NCBI GenBank assembly: GCA_964455925.1
Contig: CAYWAG010000001.1
Location: 1-25,613 of the forward strand
Origin: an uncultured Verrucomicrobiales bacterium
GTDB lineage: Bacteria > Verrucomicrobiota > Verrucomicrobiia > Verrucomicrobiales > Akkermansiaceae
Direction: 5' to 3'
DNA: 25,613 bases
The translations under genes and the position numbers were made by a program. Under the pieces are notes generated by a model, which saw only the letters and a list, made by a program, of their open reading frames with translations, had not been told where the DNA came from and did not search any database. The stretch's first letter is position 1. Each line of letters begins with the position of its first letter. Of the stretch, positions 17,344 through 25,613 are shown piece after piece.

Positions 17344-17551
17344 ATTAGAAGGTGAAGCTCTCCATGACGGAGCCGTCGCGGTTAATGAGGCGGAAGATGA
17401 TGGTGGGGGTGTCCTCCTGCGGTGTGAACTCGAGTTCCGCGTACGCCCAAGTGCCAAAGCCTTGGTATTTAAAGAGTTGCTGGGAGGGGTCTGCCGCTTT
17501 CCCTCCCCCAGGAACACCACCCATGGTTCCAACTCCTAGTTCAGTGATTTT
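17344..17551 (-). pseudogene. Duplicated 3' end of the phoD-family gene (copy of 24837-25044)
   Basis: 208-bp direct repeat with a single mismatch (17380 G vs 24873 A; Arg vs Cys in ...IFRLIN[R/C]DGSVMESFTF*). It includes the stop codon and has no start. Confidence 0.9.
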
Positions 17552-17793
17552 CGCACTACACGATAAAAATTGAGGGTTCTAGGACTCCGGTGACCCATAG
17601 CGTGAATTTATCGAGAAGATCCTTATATTTACAAGGGTTCTTGAGCATCGTGCTGAGTTCATCCAGCCCTAATCTGAAGGCACTCCTTACCATTAAACTC
17701 CCGGTCCATGGTGATGCTATGAATGTCTTCAACTGGGAGCACCTTTAGCACGACTTTCATCAGCGCAATCCTTTGTTTTACATTGGAATTCGC
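17552..17793 (-). pseudogene. Internally deleted IS4-like transposase remnant with a probable IS end abutting the phoD repeat
   Basis: Manual translation: ANSNVKQRIALMKVVLKVLPVEDIHSITMDREFNGKE (17793-17683; resembles GNSN.ERI..L...ADREF.G), then in another frame SAFRLGLDELSTMLKNP (from 17684; resembles the K.S.FR.GLD.L C-terminal motif). Sequence ends ...TTTTATCGTGTAGTGCG at 17552. Confidence 0.6.
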
Positions 17794-17970
17794 TCAGTCG
17801 AACCGCATAAATAAAAAAGCACACGTATGCAGAATGAGGCGGGTGCTGATGGTTCTGTGGAAAGGATGGGTATAGGCTGGGGTTACTCTACTTTCAGGCG
17901 GTAGATTTTACTGCGTGGGGTCTGCCCCCTACGAAGTAACGGTGCGTCTGCTCCTGGAAGTGTAGGAAAA

Positions 17971-20583
17971 TCACTCTGCGCGATAAAGGAAGGCATCGGA
18001 GGTGAGTAGCGAGGTCAGCAGAGCCTTCATGCTACCTCCACTTGTGCGATATGCTTCATGTGCAGCCTGGAGAACGGGACGATCATGGATAGTTTCATTA
18101 CGCCCCATCCAGTATCGGAACGCGTGGCGGACGAAGACCTGCTCGACGTGTTCGCTATTGGCGAGCTTGGTGATCATGTCGAGGGCGTCCGTGACTGGTC
18201 CATCGAGCGTAGGATCACCAGAGTCGATAATCTCTCCGGAGGTATCTACGGGGAGACCAAACTCCTCCTTGCGGTAGAGTCCCGCGTGATTGAACATCTC
18301 GAACGGCAAGCCAAGCGGATCCATCTTCTCGTGGCAGCTCCAGCAGTAAGTCTCACGCGTCACGCGCATTCTGGAGCGCAGCGTCGTCCCTGGTTCATCT
18401 GGCAACTGCGCATCAACAGTGATCGGGACATCCGGAATACCACCGCCAAGTAGCTTCTCTCGAATCCAGATCCCTCGATGAATCGCATGGTTATCCATGG
18501 CATCGGAATGCGAGACCAGCCAAGCTGGCGTCGTGAGGATACCGAGACGTTGCTCCTTGGGCATAGTCGTCAGCAGGCGCTCTGGCGTATCTGAGTCCTT
18601 ACCAAACGAGAGATACCCCACCCGCGCTTGCACTTGTTGACCAGGCATTGCGGGCAGTTGTACCCGCCTATTCCTTTTCGCTGTGAGCGCAGGCACTCGC
18701 TTCGTCCAGTTGCGAAAGCCATGCTTCTCAGCCGCGAATCTCTTGTAAGCTGCGATACGCTCCTCCATGGGGAGGTTCTTGTCGTTGAAGATCGTCTTGT
18801 CAGAAGGCTTCTTTGTTTTCTCTCCATTTACTGCACCCGTTTGGGGCTTAGCTTTCGCCAGGGTTTTAACTGCCGGTTTCCTGATTACCTTCTTGTTGGT
18901 CTTTTTAGGAGTCTTCCTCTGTAGCTCAGACTCACTCAGAAGCTGGCCATAGAGGAGATGCTCATCTTTGCTAAGGACGGTTTCATGGGTGGTTAGTAGA
19001 CGCTTGAGCACATCACGATCATCCGCTAGGATATGCTCAACGAGTCGATCCATACTCCTGTTCGCATCGAGCATTATACCATTAATAGGCTTATCCACTC
19101 CAGCGCTTCGCAGAGCCTTTTCATCTTTACAGACCTTTGCACCGAGATCATAGTCAAAGTAGTCGCGGAAGAACTGTAGAATCCGAGGCTTCCGGATCGA
19201 ATCATCATTCAGGATTCTCGTGACCTCTCGTCGTACATCATCTCGGGTGCGCATGCGATGCTCCACGATAGCAGAGCGCAACGTATCATCAGGCTTGATG
19301 TAGGCAAAGGCATGGTTCACCGCCAACCCTAGCTCCCAGTCTCTGAGCATTGTGCGACCGTAGTCATCTGGCTCGCCTGCCTCCGCCAGCTCAGGGCGAA
19401 AGAGCGCATCTCGATCGAGGAACAGAGAGGTCAGCCCCAGGATCAGCCCGTCCTCACCAGGAACATTCGCTAACGTATCTCGCACGAGCACGAGGTAGTC
19501 CTCGACCTCCTGCTCAAGGGGCGGACGGAAGGTCAGCATCTCAAACAGATGCTCGATAACCCGTCGGATCTCGTCATCGCTAAAGATCTCTGAATGATCC
19601 CGCAGTACCTCATGAAGAGGAGATTCTGGACGGATAAACTCCGTGTTAAACGTCAGCGCAGAGGGTAGGCCCCGGATGTCTCCTGGAGGCTTCTCCGCGA
19701 AGTATTCACCAATATCATCCGTGATCTGCTCGGGCATAGACACAAGACTCATCGGGCCATGAGCCATGTAACGGAGGAGGTCATTTGCCTTGTTGAGGAT
19801 CTGCATACTCTCGGCGTCATTAATCGACGAGAAGTGCGCATAGTTATCAAACCCATGCTTGCGGGCTGAGGATAGCACTGCCGGCACAGCCTTCACTGCC
19901 GTGGCATATGCGACCGTCCCACCGGCCCAAGTGGTGATGCGATCCACGCCGAAGTAGAGCTTGAGCTCCCCTCCATGGTTCAGTGCAACGGCGTCCCCAT
20001 GTGTGCGGAGTCCTGGCTTGTTGGGATCGTACTCTGGCTCAGTATTGATCAGCTCATTGAGCCTCGTGATGTATTCTTCAGGCGTCATTCTCCAGAGTCG
20101 CTTCGGTGAGGATGGCGGGAGCAGAGTCAGCTCCTGCGGGAGTTTCTCGGAGAATAGGAGATCGTGGGAGAGGAAGTTCCCCCGACGCGGCTCCTTGTGC
20201 GCATGGAACCCACCCTTATCAGCGGTCACAGACTCGAGCTGCTGGAGGATCCCGTCAGTAAACTTGAGGGCCTCGAGAATCTCGGGCTGTTCCTCATCCT
20301 TAGGCGGCATTTCCTGGATCGCAACCTGTGCCCAGATCGACTTCCACGTATCGATATTCGTCTCATCGACGCTTGTCAGATCATCCATGGAGAATCCACC
20401 CTTCTTGACCCCATCGCCATGACAGTCATAGCAATAATATTCTAGAAAGTCCTCGCTGACCTCGGGAAACTCAGAGACATCTGGATGCCCAGGTGTATAG
20501 CTCTCCTCCGCCAATGCGATGCATGGCACCGCGAGCAACATTGCACGGAACGGGCGGGTAAAGTGTTGATAAGTCTTCTTCAT
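17971..20583 (-). CDS. Planctomycete cytochrome c / DUF1592-DUF1588-DUF1585-type secreted protein
   Basis: Signal-like N-terminus; CYDCHG and CWSCHE heme-binding CxxCH motifs; RLWRMTPEEY, RLGILTTPAWL, HRGIWIREKLLG, DPLGLPFEMF and FVRHAFRYWMGR motifs. Confidence 0.88.
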   Translation of the reverse strand: MKKTYQHFTRPFRAMLLAVPCIALAEESYTPGHPDVSEFPEVSEDFLEYYCYDCHGDGVKKGGFSMDDLTSVDETNIDTWKSIWAQVAIQEMPPKDEEQPEILEALKFTDGILQQLESVTADKGGFHAHKEPRRGNFLSHDLLFSEKLPQELTLLPPSSPKRLWRMTPEEYITRLNELINTEPEYDPNKPGLRTHGDAVALNHGGELKLYFGVDRITTWAGGTVAYATAVKAVPAVLSSARKHGFDNYAHFSSINDAESMQILNKANDLLRYMAHGPMSLVSMPEQITDDIGEYFAEKPPGDIRGLPSALTFNTEFIRPESPLHEVLRDHSEIFSDDEIRRVIEHLFEMLTFRPPLEQEVEDYLVLVRDTLANVPGEDGLILGLTSLFLDRDALFRPELAEAGEPDDYGRTMLRDWELGLAVNHAFAYIKPDDTLRSAIVEHRMRTRDDVRREVTRILNDDSIRKPRILQFFRDYFDYDLGAKVCKDEKALRSAGVDKPINGIMLDANRSMDRLVEHILADDRDVLKRLLTTHETVLSKDEHLLYGQLLSESELQRKTPKKTNKKVIRKPAVKTLAKAKPQTGAVNGEKTKKPSDKTIFNDKNLPMEERIAAYKRFAAEKHGFRNWTKRVPALTAKRNRRVQLPAMPGQQVQARVGYLSFGKDSDTPERLLTTMPKEQRLGILTTPAWLVSHSDAMDNHAIHRGIWIREKLLGGGIPDVPITVDAQLPDEPGTTLRSRMRVTRETYCWSCHEKMDPLGLPFEMFNHAGLYRKEEFGLPVDTSGEIIDSGDPTLDGPVTDALDMITKLANSEHVEQVFVRHAFRYWMGRNETIHDRPVLQAAHEAYRTSGGSMKALLTSLLTSDAFLYRAE

Positions 20584-20591
20584 AGCAGGTC

Positions 20592-21953
20592 TTAGCCAAG
20601 GACTTCAGAGAGAGGGCCAGTAGACGAATCGTAGCGATTTGCCATCGTCTCAGACATGTTAAACCGCTCTGCATTCACCCCAGTAGTTTTGAGAATCGAA
20701 TTGTAGAGCGCATTGATCGGGCGCTTGCCATCGAGCTGGGTAAACTGCCCAGTCTTGAAGGCTCCACCACAGTTCCCGAGCAACATCACAGGCCAGTTCG
20801 CCCCATTTGTATGTTGCTTATCTGCATTGTTACTCGTGTAGACGATCAGGGTATTATCCATCATCGTACCGCTTCCCTCCGGGACGCTCTCGAGTTCCTC
20901 CATGATTTTCACCAGCATGCTCGTGTTATAGGTGCGAATCTTGTCCCAGATCGGATTGCCCGCCTGCTTCATATGCCCTAGGTTATGCCCTTGCTTCTCG
21001 ACTCCCAGCCCCTTCCACGAGCCAAAGATTTCGCCTCGTCCCGAACCAACAGTAAGCACGCTCGTTGTGCCCGATTTGAGCGCCGAGATCCCGAGGTCGA
21101 GAAGCGCATCGTGCCAATTCGTCTCAAACTCTGGCGCACTATACCGAGCATCCACCTTAGGCGCAAACTGCGCCAAGTGATCCGAGACTTCCGCCAGCTT
21201 CTCGCGGAACCCATTACTCTCGCGGAGCCCATTGAGAAACTCCCCATAACGCTCACGCTCAGAGGCTGATAGCCCTGCCTCCTTCGCCTGCGCTAGTCGC
21301 TCCACCTCTGTCATCATCCCCGACTGCGCCTCATGCTGACGACGCAGCTCCCCCTCCGCTATCCCTCCGTAGAGTAGCTGGTGCAGATGGTTCGGATCAG
21401 AGTGCATAAAGATCGGCTGCCCTGCCCCACGAGCAGAGAGAGTCGCCACTGTGGGCTTAGACCGCATATTCTCGAGCGAATCCATCCCGATGCATAAGTG
21501 CGGCAGCAGAGTCTCCGGCAGCCTCTGTGACAACTCGTAATCCACCGTCGAAGCACTCGGAGGCACCCCATCACTCCCACGATACCCTCCCAGCGCCCCA
21601 AAGAACGCACTGTGCGATGGACTCGTATGCCGCCCATGCAGCCCACTAATGATATGGAGCTTATCGCGGAACGGCTGGAGTGCCTTGATAGGATCTGGCA
21701 ATACGGCCTTTTCCAGCGAGCCACTACGCGTCATATTTGTCGGAATACACGTCTTCGGATCAAACCCTTGATTCTGAAGAAAGAAGATCACACGCTTAGG
21801 CCCGCCCACCGATCCAAGCCCAAACTTAGAAGCCACCGAGACAGCCCCACTAGCACTGGCCAACTGTGGCAGAAAAGTTCCTCCAAACGCCGCAGCACCT
21901 AGCCCAGCTCCCAGCTTCTTGAGGAGATCTCGTCGAGAAAGTGTTTTATCCAT
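20592..21953 (-). CDS. DUF1552 domain-containing protein (Tat-exported)
   Basis: Twin-arginine signal SRRDLLK; [46 protein letters not shown] and INALYNSIL motifs; 8 bp upstream of its DUF1588 partner. Confidence 0.9.
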   Translation of the reverse strand: MDKTLSRRDLLKKLGAGLGAAAFGGTFLPQLASASGAVSVASKFGLGSVGGPKRVIFFLQNQGFDPKTCIPTNMTRSGSLEKAVLPDPIKALQPFRDKLHIISGLHGRHTSPSHSAFFGALGGYRGSDGVPPSASTVDYELSQRLPETLLPHLCIGMDSLENMRSKPTVATLSARGAGQPIFMHSDPNHLHQLLYGGIAEGELRRQHEAQSGMMTEVERLAQAKEAGLSASERERYGEFLNGLRESNGFREKLAEVSDHLAQFAPKVDARYSAPEFETNWHDALLDLGISALKSGTTSVLTVGSGRGEIFGSWKGLGVEKQGHNLGHMKQAGNPIWDKIRTYNTSMLVKIMEELESVPEGSGTMMDNTLIVYTSNNADKQHTNGANWPVMLLGNCGGAFKTGQFTQLDGKRPINALYNSILKTTGVNAERFNMSETMANRYDSSTGPLSEVLG

Positions 21954-22283
21954 ACATATCTATATACACTTAAACCTTCGATTCTTTCATACACAGAAAA
22001 AAAAACAGAGAAAATTCTCAGACAGGTAAAAAAGTAAAAATAAATCTTACACAAGAATTAAAACCAAATTAAATGAATACTTCTAAGAGCACCCCGGGCA
22101 GTAGCTACAGAGGCGCCCTCGTGGCGTAGAACCTTACGAATCTCTGTAATATATCGGATAGGGTTAGACTCACTCCCCCCTTGAAAACCGATTACCGATA
22201 GCAACATAGTAAATTACTTCAAAGAACCGTGTGCGGAAATACCTAAGGAGTTTACCCTAGAAAAAACCGCATGCACGGATCGA

Positions 22284-22316
22284 GTAAAGGAGGCTCGAAA
22301 GAGCCTCCTACTTTAC
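22284..22316 (-). terminator. Hairpin downstream of the PEP-CTERM gene (likely terminator)
   Basis: GGAGGCTC-GAAA-GAGCCTCC (22289-22308), extended by GTAAAG/CTTTAC; U-tract weak. Confidence 0.6.
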
Positions 22317-22343
22317 CTGTCCCGATAATGGGTAATAAAGGTA

Positions 22344-23012
22344 TTAATTACGTTTTCTACGTGATAAGAGAGCTAAACCACCAAGTCCAAGGAGAGCTGC
22401 AGATGTTGGCTCTGGCACAGTAGATTCAGTAGCATAAAAGTGGAATGCTTCTGTAGCTGCAGTACCAGAAACAGAGAATGTGACACTGTTGACACCTAAG
22501 ATTTCTGCATATCCCCAATCAGAAGAAGCATCATCAAGTCCTTGACCACTAGTGTTTATCAGGAGCGTGCTCCCGGTGATAGTAGCAGGGTCACTGTCAC
22601 CATTGAATAAGAAATCCGTAACACCGCCATTCTGCCCCGTAGCATGAGTTTCAAGGTCAATAGTACCAGCTGTGTATGTCCATGTGCCAGTGTTTGCTGT
22701 GAAGGTGCTGCCTCCGTCGTCAAAAATAACATTTGCTGCTCCAGCCACAGAACCACCTACACGAAAATCAACGAGCTGATTAAAGGTAAAGGTGACAGTA
22801 TTAGCGGCGCCGCTGAGTGTGAAAGATGAGGAGTCAGTTCCGTTTGTAGCGTATCCTGTCCCTGTTTGAGATGTAGTCACTGTAATACCATTGGCTGCGT
22901 CGAATGTGTAAGCTGATCCAAGAGTAATTTCGGATTGATCGAGTAGTGTATATGCTTGCGCAAATCCTAAGAGGACTGTTGCTACACCTAGTGTTTTAAT
23001 AGTAGTTTTCAT
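22344..23012 (-). CDS. PEP-CTERM sorting-domain surface protein
   Basis: Signal peptide, Thr/Gly/Ser-rich beta-type body, C-terminus TVPEPTSAALLGLGGLALLSRRKRN. Confidence 0.93.
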   Translation of the reverse strand: MKTTIKTLGVATVLLGFAQAYTLLDQSEITLGSAYTFDAANGITVTTSQTGTGYATNGTDSSSFTLSGAANTVTFTFNQLVDFRVGGSVAGAANVIFDDGGSTFTANTGTWTYTAGTIDLETHATGQNGGVTDFLFNGDSDPATITGSTLLINTSGQGLDDASSDWGYAEILGVNSVTFSVSGTAATEAFHFYATESTVPEPTSAALLGLGGLALLSRRKRN

Positions 23013-23039
23013 TTTTATTAAGGAAGGTTTTTTGGTCCT

Positions 23040-24176
23040 TCACTGGTGTCTACGAGTCTCCCTTAGATGGTCTTTATAAAAAAATAACAGGATATAAATT
23101 TTTCTGTGAAAGTAATTTTTGGTGTCAGCAGGATTCGTTTTTATGCCTCTGCATTTTTCCCTAGTGTAGTCACCCTGAATTTTTAAGTCTGGCCCAGAGA
23201 TTTCCCGTCCCTCTGAAGCTTCTGTACCAGCCAAGTTTGACAAATCTACCGTTTCACGATACCGGCCACCTAAAATATAGCAGGTGTCACCAGGTCCCAT
23301 CTGGTTAACAGCATGTTGTATAGTCGCAAAGGCAGTTACTACACTATATCCATCATTACTATCATTGCCATTCGTCTTCACATAGAAGACCTCAGGATTG
23401 AGCTCTTCTTCTTTCACTGTGAAGGATAAGTTTAAATTCGCGACTCCCCAGTTTGCTGGAGTGCTCGTATTTCCATTTTTGTGGTCAGAAGTCACATAAA
23501 GAGTCGTCTCAGGGGTATCAAGGGATTGCTCCCCATTGTTGTTCCAGACCTTAGCGATCAAGCCTTGTCCCTCTCCAACAACATAACCGTGACCGTGCGA
23601 AGAAGTGCCTTCTTGATACCGGAAGCCAGTAAATCCATCAAACTCTAATTCGCCGACGGAGGAATTTAGCCCGGTAAGAGAAAAAATGAGTGTAGCCCCT
23701 TCCGGCATAGCACTCGTAGTAGTAAAAAATTGGTTTAGCGAAAGACTTGCCTCCTCAGTACCAATAGTAGCAGAGGCGGAGTTTGTTGTCGTCACATCAA
23801 TAAGCCCGTGATCGGCTACCGAACCAGTCACAGCTGCGACTTGAATAGTAAAACTCACGGTATCCAGCACCTGATCACCATCCAGGTCAACATCGTAGTT
23901 CACTCGGTAGCTGTAGTCTCCAACATGTGATAACTCATCACGAATAACCTCTAGATTTTCGACTTGGCCATTTACATTCAGAGTATTCTCTAGGCCGTCA
24001 GCAAAGTTTAAATCCAGAAAGTCGATCTGGGTTAAGACTGTGTTACCTGTAGCCAAGCTGGACGTCATGAGAGAAGCTCCGCCTAAGGTGGACAGGAGAA
24101 AAGAAAGCCTCCGTTTAGCCGATGATCCGGTTAAACGCGATACTGCTGGGATTGAAGAGAGATTGTAGTTTTTCAT
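23040..24176 (-). pseudogene. 3'-truncated secreted protein beginning a right-handed beta-helix (DUF1565/pectate-lyase-like) domain
   Basis: FYVKTNGNDSNDGYSVVTAFATIQHAVNQMGPGDTCYILGGRYRETV...GTEA is the usual first turn of such domains. After ~23217 the frame reads through AT-rich upstream DNA of the PEP-CTERM gene, including its motif. Confidence 0.65.
23046..23076 (-). promoter_or_regulatory. Bipartite upstream motif, copy 1: TAAAGA-N13-ACTCGTAGACAC
   Basis: Ends 34 nt before the PEP-CTERM start; identical words and spacing at 24214-24244. Confidence 0.6.
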
Positions 24177-24213
24177 GATAAAGTCACCACTGATTTGTGG
24201 TTTCTGCTTATTC

Positions 24214-24244
24214 GTGTCTACGAGTACCAGTAGTAGATTCTTTA
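24214..24244 (-). promoter_or_regulatory. Bipartite upstream motif, copy 2: TAAAGA-N13-ACTCGTAGACAC
   Basis: Ends 38 nt before ATG 24176; same motif as 23046-23076. Confidence 0.6.
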
Positions 24245-24308
24245 CTAGAAAATTTACAGTGAGAGTTTATACTGGTTACTAGTGATGGAAATAGGATCCA
24301 GCGGTGCT

Positions 24309-24757
24309 CCAGCCCATAGGTTCCCTCTCGGGCTAGCCCTCGCTTCCAGGGCTGGCTGAAGCGGCTTTGGGAGATGAGTGAGACCTTCGTAAGCCGAATA
24401 ATAATCGCTTTCTGCCGCCCCCTGAATAGTTAGGTGCTTCTCGAATTTGCGTGGAGAGGCGATTTGTTGCCTGCAGGTTTCCACAGATTATCGTTAGTGG
24501 GAAGTTGGAGTGCCGGCGAGGAGTGAAGTGGCTCTCAAAAAACGGAGCCACTCAAACCCGCAAAACTCACGATTCATATTGAGGGAGTGTATCCCCTTGG
24601 CCTGAAGGACCTTTAACGATGGGACCAAGGCATGGAATCGTGAATTTTTGGCGGTGTGTACTAGTTGCAGAAGGTTGGAGACCTTCTCTACGGCTCGTCG
24701 CGCCTCCGTTATCAGGGATGCCTAGAAGCGAGGCTGAAGATAAGGAGGAGCCCTATG
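24309..24757. other. Hairpin-dense non-coding segment (structured RNA or mosaic of IS/MITE ends)
   Basis: Stems read directly: 24335-24350/24721-24735 (long-range), 24527-24534/24545-24552, 24567-24575/24635-24643, 24595-24600/24625-24630, 24669-24675/24681-24687. Confidence 0.4.
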
Positions 24758-24781
24758 TGTTATCACGGGGATACTCAAGTC

Positions 24782-24836
24782 CCTATTGGTGTGCATGCCC
24801 AGGATGAGCATGACACAATTATTGCCGCAATGTGTC
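24782..24836 (-). mobile_element. IS/MITE end homologous to the left end of the element at 7235-7692
   Basis: 24834->24782 aligns ungapped with 7243-7295 at 41/53 (manual count), including the TIR and the CATGCYCA-N3-TGGGCATG palindrome. It starts right after the phoD stop codon. Confidence 0.65.
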
Positions 24837-25044
24837 ATTAGAAGGTGAAGCTCTCCATGACGGAGCCGTCGCAGTTAATGAGGCGGAAGATGATGGTGGG
24901 GGTGTCCTCCTGCGGTGTGAACTCGAGTTCCGCGTACGCCCAAGTGCCAAAGCCTTGGTATTTAAAGAGTTGCTGGGAGGGGTCTGCCGCTTTCCCTCCC
25001 CCAGGAACACCACCCATGGTTCCAACTCCTAGTTCAGTGATTTT
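24837..25044. repeat. Right copy of the 208-bp direct repeat (functional phoD 3' end)
   Basis: 207/208 identical to 17344-17551. Confidence 0.9.
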
Positions 25045-25613
25045 ATATCCATTAGGGCGGTCGACCTGAAAGCCATGGGTGCCGTGGCGGTCGCCAGAGA
25101 AGAGGAGCACCTTTTTGCCGCTCTCCTGGAGTGCGTCGATCCAGGTAAAGACCTCTTCCCGTCCCTCATGATCCCAGGTGCCCCAGCTATCCTTGCCTGC
25201 GGAGATTTGGTCTGTCCACATTGTGCCTCCACTAATCAGGACGTAAGGAGCGGTGGTCTCCGTCAGCACCTTTTGGAGCCACGCCGATTGCTCTGCCCCG
25301 AGGAAGGAGTGCTTCTCGCCACGGGCCTCGTTGACACGACAGGAGCGGGTATCGAGCATGACGAGTTGGACATCTCCGATGCGGGTTTGGAAGTAGATGC
25401 CATTACGCTCTACCGTGCGTTCTGGGTTGTTCCACTGGCGCTTCCAGTTTGCACGCATTGCGTCCACGGGGATGCGGTGTTGCGCAGAGCGGTGGTATAA
25501 TCCATGTGAGTCGTCGCCATAGTAGTCGTGATCATCCCAGGAGGTGTATGTAGGGACCTGTGAGGCGAGCTGCTGCCAACACGGAGAAACATCGCGGAGT
25601 AAGTAGTCTATAT
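24838..25613 (-). CDS. phoD: Alkaline phosphatase D (PhoD) family protein, 5'-partial
   Basis: The frame stays open to the window edge beyond the track's GTG start: ...LASQVPTYTSWDDHDYYGDDS (WDDHD motif), VQLVMLDTRS, FLGAEQSAWL, FSGDRH. Confidence 0.88.
   Translation of the reverse strand, partial: IDYLLRDVSPCWQQLASQVPTYTSWDDHDYYGDDSHGLYHRSAQHRIPVDAMRANWKRQWNNPERTVERNGIYFQTRIGDVQLVMLDTRSCRVNEARGEKHSFLGAEQSAWLQKVLTETTAPYVLISGGTMWTDQISAGKDSWGTWDHEGREEVFTWIDALQESGKKVLLFSGDRHGTHGFQVDRPNGYKITELGVGTMGGVPGGGKAADPSQQLFKYQGFGTWAYAELEFTPQEDTPTIIFRLINCDGSVMESFTF

Larger units (their letters stand above)
17344..25044. mobile_element. Genomic-island-like accessory block bounded by 208-bp direct repeats of the phoD 3' end
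   Basis: Direct repeats 7493 bp apart, IS-like ends at both inner junctions, a truncated gene and an AT-rich segment inside. No integrase or intact transposase. Confidence 0.6.

Noticed and set aside
17264-17573. Track ORFs at 17264-17573 and their twins at 24819-25069 as duplicated small genes
   Set aside because: Alternate frames of the duplicated phoD 3' end.
23153-23172. TTTTTCCCTAGTGTAGTC as the partner end of the IS4-like end at 17552 (composite transposon)
   Set aside because: Only a 7-bp core (GTGTAGT) and a T-run match; no target duplication.
24254-24484. 76-aa ORF with SDYYSAYEGL resembling the IS66 SD.YSAY motif
   Set aside because: A single short motif with no flanking IS66 residues; cannot be supported without a search.
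24560-24720. Group II intron domain V (GAGCCGTA on the minus strand) or yybP-ykoY riboswitch (GGGAGT...GACCTTT)
   Set aside because: The complementary 3' strand of domain V and the P1 pairing geometry of yybP are missing.
1-25613. CRISPR array, tRNA or rRNA
   Set aside because: No regularly spaced repeats with unique spacers, and no cloverleaf or rRNA signatures seen.

Overview
Bacterial genomic DNA, most likely Verrucomicrobiota or another PVC organism (inferred from a PEP-CTERM protein, a DUF1552 + planctomycete-cytochrome-c pair, an lpxC-fabZ fusion and an orphan eboE). The left two-thirds (1-17233) is mostly core genome: lpxC/fabZ (partial, absent from the ORF track), a NIF3/DUF34 gene, an EPS export locus (secreted helical/GKN-repeat protein, outer-membrane beta-barrel, Wzc, short Wza/OPX), two nested MITE-like elements, eboE, a DUF4340-GT28-folP operon, sucC-[four-helix-bundle cassette with inverted heptamer flanks]-sucD, an HD-hydrolase/VOC fusion and pheS. 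The right third is a ~7.3 kb accessory block bracketed by a 208-bp direct repeat (207/208 identical) of the 3' end of a phoD-family gene, with IS-like ends at both inner junctions. It carries DUF1552/DUF1588 genes, a PEP-CTERM gene, a truncated beta-helix gene, a bipartite upstream motif shared by two genes and a hairpin-dense segment. All alignments, translations and stem pairings were done by eye. Family names come from recalled motifs, not database searches. No rRNA, tRNA or CRISPR array was seen.
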